Counted from the stretch's first letter, positions 20,552 through 30,683 are shown. The stretch is DNA of 64,000 nucleotides from Candidatus Marinacidobacterales bacterium (GCA_965219415.1 OZ244742.1:32001-96000), one strand, 5' to 3'. Notes: a model not told the origin generated them from the sequence alone. A program made the numbers and translations.

Positions 20552-21086
20552 TGAGTTTGTCCAGTTCCTGTAGGATCGTATCCGGAGACGTGCGCTTCTT
20601 GTAGTCCTCCCAAACGTTCTTCAGCCGGATCAACCCCTCGGCGTCGATGACGAACGTTGCGGGGTGCGGGATCCCGGCCGCCATCGGTTTGCTCAGTGCT
20701 CCCTCGTTCAGGATCCCGTATTCCTCGATCACTCCCCTGCCATCACAAAGGATCGGGAAGGTCCAGTCGTTCGTTTCCAACCAGCTCGCGGTCTCCTCCG
20801 CGTCGTACTTGGAAATCACGAGGAGAACGGCGTTGCGGCTCTCGATTTCCGAGTACGCTTCTTGCAGCTCGCCGAGCTGCGCTTTGCAGAAGGGTCACCA
20901 AGAGCCGCTTCGGATGAACTCCACCACCACGCTCTTGCCCTTGAGATCCGACAGCTTGTAGCTTTGTCCCTTCGAGTCTTTGAGCTCGAAGTCCGGGGCG
21001 CGGTCCCCCACATCAGCCTCCATGGCGGCGAAAACGGGGCCCCCAAGGGCGAGGAAAATCGGGAGAACGAAACTTTTCATTCTCAT
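20544..21086 (-). CDS. Secreted AhpC/TSA redoxin-like protein, probable selenoprotein (UxxC, TGA at 20895-20897)
   Basis: VGDRAPDFEL...FIRSGSW-U-PFC..QLGEL continues in frame to PATFVID; hairpin GCAGCTC-GGC-GAGCTGC 14 nt after TGA. Confidence 0.88.
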
Positions 21087-21166
21087 GAACTCACTATAGC
21101 ACGCGGGGCGCGCGCCTCAGCGTGTGTTGCAAGGAGGAAACGACTAGACTTCTGAGATCGGACCCC

Positions 21167-21494
21167 TCACGGGAGGGTGCAACAGTCCAAGGATACTACC
21201 GTCGGAGATCGAAACGTCGCTGGGTGTGGGGCTGGATTGTGCTCTTCTTCCCACGCGTCGTAGGCAGTTTGGAGATCGTGCACGACTTTGGAATCGTCGA
21301 GCCCGAGCTTCCGCGCGTATTGCCTGGCGAAACTCTTGAAGTAGAACTTCCTCGGAAATCTGTCGAAGTTGCTCTTCTTCGATCCCGGCAAGATACCAGG
21401 TCGTGATCCTGGTTTCTTCCGAAATCCGACGAAGCTTGAGGTTTTGGCACTCGCGCACGTCCTTGAGGGACTTGCCTCGGTACCGGTGGGCCAT
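21167..21494 (-). pseudogene. RodZ-like HTH (HTH_25) protein without TM, frameshifted
   Basis: GKSLKDVRE...ISEETRI...YLAGIEE / FDRFP..FYFKSFARQYARKLGLD. Confidence 0.7.
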
Positions 21495-21712
21495 GATTGG
21501 CCTCCCCTCCCCTTCTCCCTCCCAGGTGGGCTAAGGTGGGAGCTTTCGATGAGGTGATTCGGCTATAGGTCGTTTCGGCGCGACGAGCAGGAGCGGGAGT
21601 TTTTTTGGAACGCTACGGTCGCGGTCGGCTCAGCCTGGAGAAGGTAACAAACAGGGTGTCCCCTGTCAAGATGTGAGTGATGAAAAACTGTGGAAATACG
21701 TACTGAAGGATT

Positions 21713-22546
21713 TCAGGAGGTCTCGAGCTCGTTCAGAATCCGTCGCAGCACTCGAATGACCTCGTGCTTCTCCACCCTCGCCTTGCGGAAGGTCAGAGTC
21801 AAGCGGAATGGGCTCCCCTTTGGACCATACTTGAAGACGAAGTTCGTGGGACGGCCACGGGCGGGCGCGCGGGAGACTTTCCTAGCCTGATCGCGACTCA
21901 AACCTTCGCGGGAGACGCGCTCTATCAACTCCATCATTTTCTCTGGGCTGTCTTGCCTAACTATCTGCAATAACAATGACTTAGAGCTGATGTCGGCGAG
22001 CCGACATCGATTCTTTATCTCGTCGGGCATGGTGTTGAGGCTCAACATCTCGGTAACGCTAGTCCTCGATTTTCCCAGCCGGCTGGCGAGTGCCTCGTGG
22101 GTGTACTCGTAGTTGGAGACCAGGTGCCCGATCGCCTCGGCTTCTTCGAAGGGGGTTAGGTCCTTGCGTTGAAGGTTCTCGACCAATGCCACCTCGACCG
22201 TTTCTCGATCGTCGATGTCCCTTTCCACGCACGGAAGCTCGGTAAGTCCAGCTTGGAGGGCAGCCTGGTATCGCCTCTCCCCGGAAATGATTTGAAACTG
22301 CTCCCCTAGCCTTCGCACGATCAGTGGTTGCAAGACGCCCTTCTCGCGGATCGAGGCCGTGAGCTCGCTGAGGTCACCCATCTGCTGACGAGGCTGATGC
22401 GGGTTGGGCTCGATGTAGTCGATCGACACCATGCGGCCAATGGGTATGCCCTGACGATTGCTTAGTTCCTCCACGAAGTGCAGGTTGCGATCGAAGTGGC
22501 GGAGTCGGACGGAACTGGGTAAGCCGGCTTTCCTAGACACGGGCAA
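21713..22546 (-). CDS. parB: ParB/Spo0J family partition protein
   Basis: PNPHQPR, GVLQPLIV, GERRYQA, ENLQRKDL, HTH. Confidence 0.92.
   Translation of the reverse strand: MPVSRKAGLPSSVRLRHFDRNLHFVEELSNRQGIPIGRMVSIDYIEPNPHQPRQQMGDLSELTASIREKGVLQPLIVRRLGEQFQIISGERRYQAALQAGLTELPCVERDIDDRETVEVALVENLQRKDLTPFEEAEAIGHLVSNYEYTHEALASRLGKSRTSVTEMLSLNTMPDEIKNRCRLADISSKSLLLQIVRQDSPEKMMELIERVSREGLSRDQARKVSRAPARGRPTNFVFKYGPKGSPFRLTLTFRKARVEKHEVIRVLRRILNELETS
21989..22008. promoter_or_regulatory. parS-like palindrome inside parB
   Basis: GATGTCGGC-GA-GCCGACATC with perfect 9-bp arms; 16-bp core TGT...ACA. Confidence 0.4.
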
Positions 22547-23294
22547 TCACCTCTTCCGAAAGGCTGTAGTATTCGAAGGCTCCGCGGGAGCGTGGCGCGA
22601 AACTGAAGATCGCTTCCTTGTGGGCCGGGCTCTCTTCCAGCCGGACGTTCTTGTTGATGACGGTCTTGAATACCTTCTCGCCAAAACTCTCCTTGATCTT
22701 CTTGCGCACATCACGCGACAGCGTCGTACGGCGGTCATGGAGGGTGATGAGGATACCGAGAAGGCGAAGGTCCGGGTTTGGCCGTGCCTTCACCTTATCC
22801 ATCGTCTCCAGCAGATCTCCCGTTCCTTCGAGAGCATAGTAGGAAGACTGGATCGGGATGAGCAGGTGCGTCGCGGCGACCAACGCGTTGACGGTGATCA
22901 GCCCCAAGGTTGGAGGGGTGTCGATGATGATGTACTTGTACCGCGCCCGGAGCATCGAGAGCCTATCCCGCAGGCGAAAGTGCCCATCCATCTCGCCGAG
23001 CAGCTTGCTCTCGAGCTTCGCCATGGAAATCTTGGCGGGGATGAGATCCAGGTTCTCAACCGGAGTTTCGTAGATGGCGTCCTTCAACTCCACCGATGCC
23101 TCCACCAACGCGTCATAGACGGAGTTCTCGGTCGCTTCCAGATCCAGCAGGGAAATGGAGGTATTGGACTGAGGGTCCATGTCGATGATGAGGGTAGGCT
23201 CCTTCTTCATGGCGAGAGCCGCAGCCAAATTGACCGCAGTCGTCGTCTTCCCTACCCCACCTTTTTGGTTTGCGATAGTTATGACGGTAGCCAA
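22533..23294 (-). CDS. parA: ParA/Soj family ATPase
   Basis: NQKGGVGKTTT, DMDPQ, IDTPP, EESP. Confidence 0.93.
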   Translation of the reverse strand: MATVITIANQKGGVGKTTTAVNLAAALAMKKEPTLIIDMDPQSNTSISLLDLEATENSVYDALVEASVELKDAIYETPVENLDLIPAKISMAKLESKLLGEMDGHFRLRDRLSMLRARYKYIIIDTPPTLGLITVNALVAATHLLIPIQSSYYALEGTGDLLETMDKVKARPNPDLRLLGILITLHDRRTTLSRDVRKKIKESFGEKVFKTVINKNVRLEESPAHKEAIFSFAPRSRGAFEYYSLSEEVIARV

Positions 23295-23426
23295 GCTTTC
23301 ACTCCTCTATTTTTGATTTTTGAGAGAGAAATATCGGTAAGGGGGAACCGCGCAGGTTGGACCCTGTCGTAGCGGCATCCAGCTTGTCATCACGTACATC
23401 GGGTCATTTGGCACTGAGTCAAGCAC

Positions 23427-23912
23427 TCACATCTTGTACTTCCCGAGATCATCAGGGTTGAGGCCCTCGAGCCACTTCTGAAGCTTCTCGGAGTCAGTCG
23501 CATCTTTGGTCAGATCCATACCCTTCGCACTTTCGACAACGGCCTCTTCGACGAAGATGGGCGACTTCGTACGAAGCGCGAGAGCGATGGCGTCGCTCGG
23601 GCGAGAGTCGATGGCGGTCACCTCACCGTTTCGGCTCAAGTAGATCATGGCGTAAAAGGTGTTGTCCTTGAGCTCGCAAACCACGATCTTTTGCACGTTG
23701 GCCTCGAGATCGCCCAGGACGTTCTTCAGGAGGTCGTGCGTCATCGGCCGCGGAGTTGAAATATTTTCAATCTGAAGCGCGATCGCGTTAGCCTCGAAGA
23801 TGCCGACCCAAATGGGAAGAATTCGACTACCTTCTTTGTCCTTGAGAATCACAATGGGCATGTTGGTAATGGGATCGATCATCAAGCCCTTGATGGTCAT
23901 CTCGATTTCCAT
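23427..23912 (-). CDS. Bifunctional nuclease family protein (DUF151)
   Basis: LPIWVGIFEANAI...PRPMTHDL...DSRPSDAIALA. Confidence 0.92.
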   Translation of the reverse strand: MEIEMTIKGLMIDPITNMPIVILKDKEGSRILPIWVGIFEANAIALQIENISTPRPMTHDLLKNVLGDLEANVQKIVVCELKDNTFYAMIYLSRNGEVTAIDSRPSDAIALALRTKSPIFVEEAVVESAKGMDLTKDATDSEKLQKWLEGLNPDDLGKYKM

Positions 23913-23953
23913 TACCGGTCCTCCCGCCCAGCGATCGGTTTTTGCGTAAGCAC

Positions 23954-23982
23954 AATATAGAGGGGTAGAGATGGAAAGTCAA
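23954..23982 (-). promoter_or_regulatory. sigma70-type promoter for DUF151 gene
   Basis: rc TTGACT-17 nt-TATATT. Confidence 0.55.
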
Positions 23983-24002
23983 CCAAGTTTAGTAGGTATT
24001 GG

Positions 24003-25352
24003 CTACACCTCCTCTCCACGAAGACTGTTTGGTCCCGCCCAAGTGATGCGAACGTGGACCATTTGACCAATACGACCTACGTCTCCTGGGAAATTGACGA
24101 CGCGATTGTGCGGATTCCGTCCGGAAAGTACGTCGTCTTCCTTTTTACTGACCCCTTCGACCAAGACTTCGACCTCCCGACCGACGTACTCGAGGTTTCT
24201 TCGCTCCTGGATCCGGCGTTGCGCGTCTTGCAGCCGCGACAAGCGGCGGCTCTTGACTTCGGCCGGCACGTCATCCGGCTGCTCCTTCACCGCGGAGGTG
24301 TGAGGGCGGGGGGAATACTTGAAAGAGAAGATGCTGTCGTAGCCGACGGTCTGCATCAGCGTCATCGTATCCTCGAACTCGGCGTCGGTCTCTCCCGGAA
24401 AGCCGACGATGAGATCGGTAGACAAGGCGATGTCAGGCACGAGTCGCCGCGCCACCTCGACACGCTCTAGATATTCCTCACGGGTGTGCCCTCGTTTCAT
24501 ACGCGCCAAGACGGCGGTGGAGCCAGACTGAGCCGGCAGGTGCATGTGAGGGCAAAGCTTCCGGAGGTCACGAAAACGTTCCATCAAGGCGCGATCGAAA
24601 TCCTTCGGATGTGGGCTTGTAAACCGAATTCGGTCAATGCCTTGGACGGTATCGACGGCATCCAACAACTCCGCAAACGAACGGCCCTGGCCGGGGTCGA
24701 CATAGGAGTTAACGTTTTGCCCGAGAAGCTGAACTTCCTTCACGCCCTGCTTCGCCATCACTTCGACCTCGTCGACGATGGATTCGAGCGTTCGACACCT
24801 CTCGCGACCGCGAGTGAAGGGAACGACGCAAAAGGAACAGAAGTTGTCACAACCCTCCATGATCGTCGTAAACGCCTTCACGCCCGCCACGCGTTCTATT
24901 TGCTCTGGGGGGAAATCGAGATTCTCGGGATGCCTGCCGATCTCGACCACTCTCTCGCCATTACGAAGGACTCGCTCCAAGACCTCAGGGAGCATGACGA
25001 GGCTCTGAGTGCCCAAGACGAAATCGACATGCGGCGCGCGCGCGAAGACGGCCTCCCCTTCTTGCTGTGCGACGCAGCCGGCGACGCCGATGATCGGCCG
25101 TTTGCTCTGGCCGGACCTCTCCTTGAAACGCTTGAGCCGCCCCAGGTGGTCGAAGACTTTTTCTTCTGCCTTCTCGCGCACGCTGCAGGTGTTGAGGACG
25201 ATGATGTCGGCTTCTTCTTCGACGGGCGTTGGGAGAAAGCCGATTCGTTTGAGGCTTCCGGCAATTTTCTCCGAGTCGTGGACGTTCATCTGACATCCCC
25301 AAGTGTCGATGAAGTAGCGGCGCGAAATATCTTGTTTGGTACGTGTTTTCAC
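24003..25352 (-). CDS. miaB: tRNA i6A37 methylthiotransferase
   Basis: TWGCQMNVHDSE, NTCSVRE, radical SAM CDNFCSFC, TRAM domain; GTG start after GAGG. Confidence 0.95.
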   Translation of the reverse strand: MKTRTKQDISRRYFIDTWGCQMNVHDSEKIAGSLKRIGFLPTPVEEEADIIVLNTCSVREKAEEKVFDHLGRLKRFKERSGQSKRPIIGVAGCVAQQEGEAVFARAPHVDFVLGTQSLVMLPEVLERVLRNGERVVEIGRHPENLDFPPEQIERVAGVKAFTTIMEGCDNFCSFCVVPFTRGRERCRTLESIVDEVEVMAKQGVKEVQLLGQNVNSYVDPGQGRSFAELLDAVDTVQGIDRIRFTSPHPKDFDRALMERFRDLRKLCPHMHLPAQSGSTAVLARMKRGHTREEYLERVEVARRLVPDIALSTDLIVGFPGETDAEFEDTMTLMQTVGYDSIFSFKYSPRPHTSAVKEQPDDVPAEVKSRRLSRLQDAQRRIQERRNLEYVGREVEVLVEGVSKKEDDVLSGRNPHNRVVNFPGDVGRIGQMVHVRITWAGPNSLRGEEV

Positions 25353-25377
25353 CAAAAACCTCAAGTGATACTTTAAT

Positions 25378-27075
25378 TCAATTCTTTCCGGCGACCAACT
25401 GCTCCGCATGCTTGCGCGCGGTATCCGTGATAGCAGAGCCGGCGAGCATACGTGCAATTTCCTCGACGCGACCCTTCCGGTCAAGTCTTCGGACTCGGGT
25501 CACGGTCCTCCCTGCCGTCTCGGTTTTTTCAATTCGAAAATGGGCGTCGGCGAATCTCGCGATCTGGGGGAGGTGAGTAACGCAGATGACTTGATGCGAC
25601 CTCGAGAGGGCTTTGAGCTTCTCCCCCACCACGTCCGCCACCCGGCCACCGATGCCGGCATCGACTTCGTCGAAGACGAGAGTCTTCGAGTCCTCCCCTT
25701 GTGCGCCCATGGATTTGAGGGCGAGCATGAAGCGTGAGAGCTCTCCGCCCGAGGCGATCCGGGCTAGGGGACGGAGCTCTTCACCGGGGTTCGCGGAGAA
25801 GAGAAGATCCACCGTATCCAAGCCAGTATCTCGCCAGCAAGAGCGGTCCCGGGCCGCGTGCTCCGGTGCGACCACGTGAATCGAAAATCGAGCCTTCTCC
25901 ATCGCGAGTTCCCGGAGCTCCTTCACCACTTTCGTCTCGAGACTCTTTGCGCCCGAGCGGCGTCGCTTCGACAGCTCGTTCGCCGCGGTCAAGTACTTTT
26001 TGCTCGCATCCTCTTTCTTCTCCCGGACCTCGGCCAGCTCCTGGCTCGAGCCCTCCAGTTGGTCGAGATCCTTCTGGCATTGGTCCCGGTGCGCCATAAT
26101 CGTATCCAGGCTTCCCCCGTATTTTTTCTTTAGGCGTTCGAGCTCGACAAGCCGGTTCTCCACTTCATCCAATCTCCCGGGTGCAGAACGGATCTGTTCC
26201 CGATAGTCACGGAGAAAGAGCGCCAAGTCGTCCAGCTGAGACTCCACCGCCTCACGGCTTCCTAGGTGCGGCTTGAGCCGGTCGTCGATTTCCGCGAGCT
26301 CCCCCACTTGCTTCCAAACCTGGGCCAACCGCGCCACAACAGAGCCCTCGTCGTCGTAGAGGGCGCCGTAAGCCTCATCGGTCAGTTCGCGAAGCCGCTC
26401 TCCGTGGGCCAGGAGCCGGCGTTCGGCCTCCAGCTCGGCGTCCTCCCCGACCGCTGGGTTTCCTTTCTGAATCTCATCGAGTTGGAAGGCCAAGACCTCC
26501 CGGCGGGACTCGGTGTCCTCGGCTTCGTTGGTCAGCCGCGCCTCCTGCTGTTCGAGCTCCGCGAAGCGCCGATAGGCATCAAACACCTTCTGTCCCTTGC
26601 CACGGTAGTCAACCGACCGGTCGAGGAGATCGAGTCCCGACTCGGCCTTCGCCAGCGTGGCCGTCTCGCCTTGCCCGTGGATGTCTATCAAGAAGGGGGC
26701 GATGTCGCGGAGCAGGGCGGTCGCTCCGGCGGCGCCGTTGACGGCGACTCGTGTCTTTGCCCCTTTTTGACCGCTTGCGACTTCTCGACGCACGACGATC
26801 TCTTCGCCATCCACATCGATCCCGGCCTCGCCCAATCGGTGCCCCAATGGTTTTGGAACCTCCGGAAGCTCGAACCCGGCTTCAACCGAAGCCTGCTCGG
26901 CGCCGGTTCGGATCAGATCGCTCGAGGCTCGAGAGCCCAGAATGAGGCTTAGAGCGTCGATCAAAATTGTCTTGCCGGCTCCGGTTTCCCCGGTGAGCAG
27001 GTTTAGGCCTGGCTCGAACTCGACCCGGAGGTCATCGATGACGGCGATATTGCGGACATGGATCCAACCCAACAT
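25378..27075 (-). CDS. recN: DNA repair protein RecN
   Basis: Start MLGWIHVRNIAVI; TGETGAGKT, IASGGELSR, FDEVDAG, VTHLPQ. Confidence 0.95.
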   Translation of the reverse strand: MLGWIHVRNIAVIDDLRVEFEPGLNLLTGETGAGKTILIDALSLILGSRASSDLIRTGAEQASVEAGFELPEVPKPLGHRLGEAGIDVDGEEIVVRREVASGQKGAKTRVAVNGAAGATALLRDIAPFLIDIHGQGETATLAKAESGLDLLDRSVDYRGKGQKVFDAYRRFAELEQQEARLTNEAEDTESRREVLAFQLDEIQKGNPAVGEDAELEAERRLLAHGERLRELTDEAYGALYDDEGSVVARLAQVWKQVGELAEIDDRLKPHLGSREAVESQLDDLALFLRDYREQIRSAPGRLDEVENRLVELERLKKKYGGSLDTIMAHRDQCQKDLDQLEGSSQELAEVREKKEDASKKYLTAANELSKRRRSGAKSLETKVVKELRELAMEKARFSIHVVAPEHAARDRSCWRDTGLDTVDLLFSANPGEELRPLARIASGGELSRFMLALKSMGAQGEDSKTLVFDEVDAGIGGRVADVVGEKLKALSRSHQVICVTHLPQIARFADAHFRIEKTETAGRTVTRVRRLDRKGRVEEIARMLAGSAITDTARKHAEQLVAGKN

Positions 27076-27219
27076 GAGTGCTCCGGGATGTGTGGCTTTC
27101 CGATGACAATGTACCACAGCGCTCGAGACCCGAGAAAACTGAGCCCCTCTGGATAGTAGGACGAAATTCGACCCGATCGTCCTCATTTCGGTGGAACTGC
27201 CGGCATGGAACCAAATTCT

Positions 27220-27248
27220 TTGACAGGCGCAAGTCCTTGTGGTAGTGT
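27220..27248 (+). promoter_or_regulatory. sigma70-type promoter of tol-pal operon
   Basis: TTGACA-17 nt-TAGTGT with extended TG. Confidence 0.5.
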
Positions 27249-27285
27249 GACCTGCACACATCACTATGTAGTGGTCGGAGGCCAC

Positions 27286-28029
27286 TTGGAGACAGTTCAG
27301 GAAATCGCGGCGACACCCATTCAGAGTCCAGCAGGCCTTGACCCGTTCCAGCTCGTCGCCGATTCGGGGCCGGTTGTCATCTCCGTGCTCGTCACCCTCA
27401 TCATCTTCTCCCTCGTCTCCTGGGCCATCATCTTGAGCAAGTGGATGGTACTCCGTCGTGCCGAGGCGCACTCGGGTGCTTTCCTGGAGATCTTCCGTCG
27501 CAGCAAGAAGTTTTCGGAAGTTCATTCCGTGTGTCACCAGCTACGTTCGAGTCCCTTAGTGGGGATGTTTCTGTCGGGCTACAATGAGCTTGGCTACCAG
27601 CTGCGATCGTCGAAGGACGGCTCTCAACGCAAAAACCCGGAGTCCGAGGGTGACGGGGCGCAGATCAAGAGCCTCGATAGCATCGCACGCACGCTGGTGC
27701 GGGCATCCAATACGGAGATGGCAAAACTCGAGCGCCGACTCGGCTTTCTCGCAACCACCGGTAGCGCGACTCCGTTCATCGGCCTCTTCGGCACGGTCTG
27801 GGGAATCATGAACGCCTTCCACCAAATCGGTGCGGTGCAAGCTGCGAACATCAGCGTCGTTGCGCCGGGCGTCAGCGAAGCGCTCGTCGCCACCGCCGCC
27901 GGCCTGGCCGCCGCCATTCCCGCGGTGATCTTCTACAACTACTTCATCAATTGGGTGAAGCTTCTTTCTACGGAAATGGACGACTTCGCGCTCGAGTACC
28001 TGTCGATCATCGAAAGGAATTTCACCTAG
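27286..28029 (+). CDS. tolQ: TolQ (MotA/TolQ/ExbB)
   Basis: FLATTGSATPFIGLFGTVWGIM...APGVSEALVATAAGL; TTG start after GGAGG. Confidence 0.92.
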   Translation: METVQEIAATPIQSPAGLDPFQLVADSGPVVISVLVTLIIFSLVSWAIILSKWMVLRRAEAHSGAFLEIFRRSKKFSEVHSVCHQLRSSPLVGMFLSGYNELGYQLRSSKDGSQRKNPESEGDGAQIKSLDSIARTLVRASNTEMAKLERRLGFLATTGSATPFIGLFGTVWGIMNAFHQIGAVQAANISVVAPGVSEALVATAAGLAAAIPAVIFYNYFINWVKLLSTEMDDFALEYLSIIERNFT

Positions 28030-28035
28030 ATCGTG

Positions 28036-28509
28036 ATGACCAGCGGAGGCGGCAGTGGGCAGGGTGGCTCCGCCCTCGACATCTATCTCAGCTCTCGCGC
28101 CCGCCGGGATTCCGCGCGGGTGATGTCCGATATCAACGTCACCCCTTTCGTCGACGTGGTGCTCGTTTTGCTCATCATCTTCATGATCACTGCGCCGATG
28201 TTGCTCCGAGCCATGGATGTGAGTCTTCCCGCCGCCGGTCTTCGGCAAGATCAACCGAGCGAGAGGCTCATCGTGACCATGGACAGCCAGGGGCGTACCT
28301 ATATCGATGAAAAGGCGGTCAACATTGCGTTGCTCGAGCAAAGAGTCAAGGATGCGGTTGAGCTTCGGGGGCTGCGTGTCGCCTACCTGAGGGCGGATGA
28401 AGAATTGCGCTACAAACAAATCATCGCCGTCATGGATCTAATGAAACGGGCCGGCGTGGACACCATCGGGCTCGTCTACGTCTATCCGGAGGAGAAGAAG
28501 TCGCGGTGA
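28036..28509 (+). CDS. tolR: TolR/ExbD
   Basis: INVTPFVDVVLVLLIIFMITAPM, LRAD. Confidence 0.9.
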   Translation: MTSGGGSGQGGSALDIYLSSRARRDSARVMSDINVTPFVDVVLVLLIIFMITAPMLLRAMDVSLPAAGLRQDQPSERLIVTMDSQGRTYIDEKAVNIALLEQRVKDAVELRGLRVAYLRADEELRYKQIIAVMDLMKRAGVDTIGLVYVYPEEKKSR

Positions 28510-29243
28510 GTGCGGTCGGTGCCATAAGGAACGGACGAGATCCGTTCGGATCCATGTTGTGGTGGTCCGGAGTTCTGCACATCGGACTGTTCGCCCTCCT
28601 TTTGATCGCGTCCCGCTTGTCGCCACAGCCCTCCCCTTTCCCTGAAGCCATCGCTTTCGTCCAAATCGGGTCTCCGGGTCCTAGTCAGGGGATGGGTGGA
28701 AGTCCGTCGCCGGGAGAGGAAGTCGTGGCTCCGGAACCACCGAAAGAAGAGGCCCCGCGAGTGGTTCGCCCTACGAAGGAAGATCGCGAACAGCTACCGA
28801 TGCCCGATGCCAAGCCGACGCGGAGAAAGCCCAGACCGAAGAAGCCGGAGTCCGGCCTAATCGGGCGCGACGCGGCGAGCGCAGATTCCGCCAAGCTGAA
28901 GGCAGCCACGGCAACGCCGGGTCTCGGCTTGGGCGGCGCCGGAGGGTCGCCATTCGATGAGGACTTCGAGTACAGCTATTACGTGCAACAGATGTTCGGG
29001 CGAGTCTTTCAGAATTGGCAGCGTGCGCCGGTTAGGGGCACGGCGTTCACCATTATCCGCTTCACGATTCTGAACGATGGCCGCTTGCAAGACATCCAGG
29101 TCGAAAAATCGAGCGGAGTGCCCCAGCTGGATAGGGCAGCTTCGAGGGCGGTGTACTTGTCGGACCCCTTGCCACCCCTTCCGCAATCCTACCCTCGCGA
29201 CCGGGTGGGCGTGCATCTCCGATTCGAGTACTCCGACCGATAG
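28506..29243 (+). CDS. TolA/TonB-family energy transducer
   Basis: TM with S..LH, Pro-rich linker, TonB_C (SSG..LDRAA.RAV..SDPLPPLP); lies between tolR and tolB. Confidence 0.85.
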   Translation: MSAVGAIRNGRDPFGSMLWWSGVLHIGLFALLLIASRLSPQPSPFPEAIAFVQIGSPGPSQGMGGSPSPGEEVVAPEPPKEEAPRVVRPTKEDREQLPMPDAKPTRRKPRPKKPESGLIGRDAASADSAKLKAATATPGLGLGGAGGSPFDEDFEYSYYVQQMFGRVFQNWQRAPVRGTAFTIIRFTILNDGRLQDIQVEKSSGVPQLDRAASRAVYLSDPLPPLPQSYPRDRVGVHLRFEYSDR

Positions 29244-29282
29244 TGTGCCGATTGTGAGCTCATAAAGAGGAAGATAAGATAG

Positions 29283-30683
29283 ATGAGAACCTTTCTTCTA
29301 GGATTCACCATCCTCCTGACCGCGCTTGCCGTGACCGGCCCGATACAAGAAGCCCAGGAAGCGCAAGGGTCGGGACAAACTGGCGAAGTCGGACAAATTG
29401 AACAGGCCGCCAACGATTCGGACTGGTATCTTCGCGTTGCCCGCCCGGGTCGGCCGGTCTACATGGCGCTTCCCACTTTCGATCTTCGTGGACGCGACGC
29501 GCAACCAGCGGCAGACACGCTTTCGGATGTCGTATGGAAGGATTTGGAGTACGCGTCCCTCTACCGACTGGTACCCAAACGTCTCTACTCCATCGTCGCC
29601 GGCAACGTCACACCGGGAACCGTCGACTACTATCAATGGGAATCTATCGGAACCGACATCTTGGTCGTCGGGACCGCCGAGATCCAGCGCGATCGTTTGG
29701 TGTCGGAAGTGCGGGTCTATGCAGTTCAGGCGCAACAACTGGTCTTCGGCAAGCGATACGAAGGCCCGGCATCCGCGGCGCGCACGATGGCCCATCGGAT
29801 CTCCGATGACATTCTGCTGCAGGCGGGCAACTACCATGGCGTGGGACGAACCAAGATCGCCTTCTCGAGCGACCGCCGCGGCGAGAACAGTAAAGAAATT
29901 TATGTGATGGATTATGACGGGCAGAATCAGCGGCCGCTGACCGCGAACCGCTCGCTGAACATCACTCCTACTTGGTCTCCCGACGGACAGGCCTTGGGTT
30001 ACATCTCCTATCGACGAAGGAGTCCCGATCTCTTTCTCGCCTTCATCTATCAGGGGCGTGGAGAGGCTCTGGTGAACGGGCCAGGAATGACGTTTACTCC
30101 CTCTTGGTCACCGGATGGCCAGAGGATCGCTTTCACTTCGACTCGCGACGGCAATTCGGAAATATATGTCATCAATATCGACGGTTCGGGACTGAGGAGG
30201 GTGACGGAGCATCCATCGATCGACACGTCGCCCTGTTGGTCTCCCAACGGTCGGGAGATCGCGTTCACCTCGGATCGTTCCGGAGCACCGCAGATCTACG
30301 TTATGGGCGCCGATGGTCTCAACCTCAGGCGCATCTCCTACGAAGGTTCTTACAATGACTCGTCGACCTGGTCTCCCTCCCGTCAATTCAGCGAGATTGC
30401 ATACTCATCGAGGATCGAACGGGGCCCGTTCGATATTGTCGTCTACAATTTCGAGACCAAACAGGTTCGCCAGCTGACGACCGGTAGAGGAAGCAACGAA
30501 AGTCCTACCTGGTCTCCGAACGGTCTGCACCTCACGTTTACTTCCACGCGTTCCGGGAGCGCACAGGTCCACACCATGAACCGGGACGGCTCGAACCAGC
30601 GACGGCTGACTTCGGTCGGCAACAATACGACTCCCAAGTGGGGGCCGGCCCCGGTCGCCGCCGAGTCCCAAAGTGAAGAATAA
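29283..30683 (+). CDS. tolB: Tol-Pal beta-propeller protein TolB
   Basis: AHRISD, TKIAF, repeated P.WSPDG PD40 units. Confidence 0.93.
   Translation: MRTFLLGFTILLTALAVTGPIQEAQEAQGSGQTGEVGQIEQAANDSDWYLRVARPGRPVYMALPTFDLRGRDAQPAADTLSDVVWKDLEYASLYRLVPKRLYSIVAGNVTPGTVDYYQWESIGTDILVVGTAEIQRDRLVSEVRVYAVQAQQLVFGKRYEGPASAARTMAHRISDDILLQAGNYHGVGRTKIAFSSDRRGENSKEIYVMDYDGQNQRPLTANRSLNITPTWSPDGQALGYISYRRRSPDLFLAFIYQGRGEALVNGPGMTFTPSWSPDGQRIAFTSTRDGNSEIYVINIDGSGLRRVTEHPSIDTSPCWSPNGREIAFTSDRSGAPQIYVMGADGLNLRRISYEGSYNDSSTWSPSRQFSEIAYSSRIERGPFDIVVYNFETKQVRQLTTGRGSNESPTWSPNGLHLTFTSTRSGSAQVHTMNRDGSNQRRLTSVGNNTTPKWGPAPVAAESQSEE

Noticed and set aside
21688-21696. DnaA box / oriC next to parB
   Set aside because: Only a single 7/9 match; no box cluster or AT-rich unwinding element.
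27076-27537. N-terminal extension of RecN in ORF track (719 aa)
   Set aside because: It overlaps tolQ and its promoter on the other strand; RecN homology begins at 27075.
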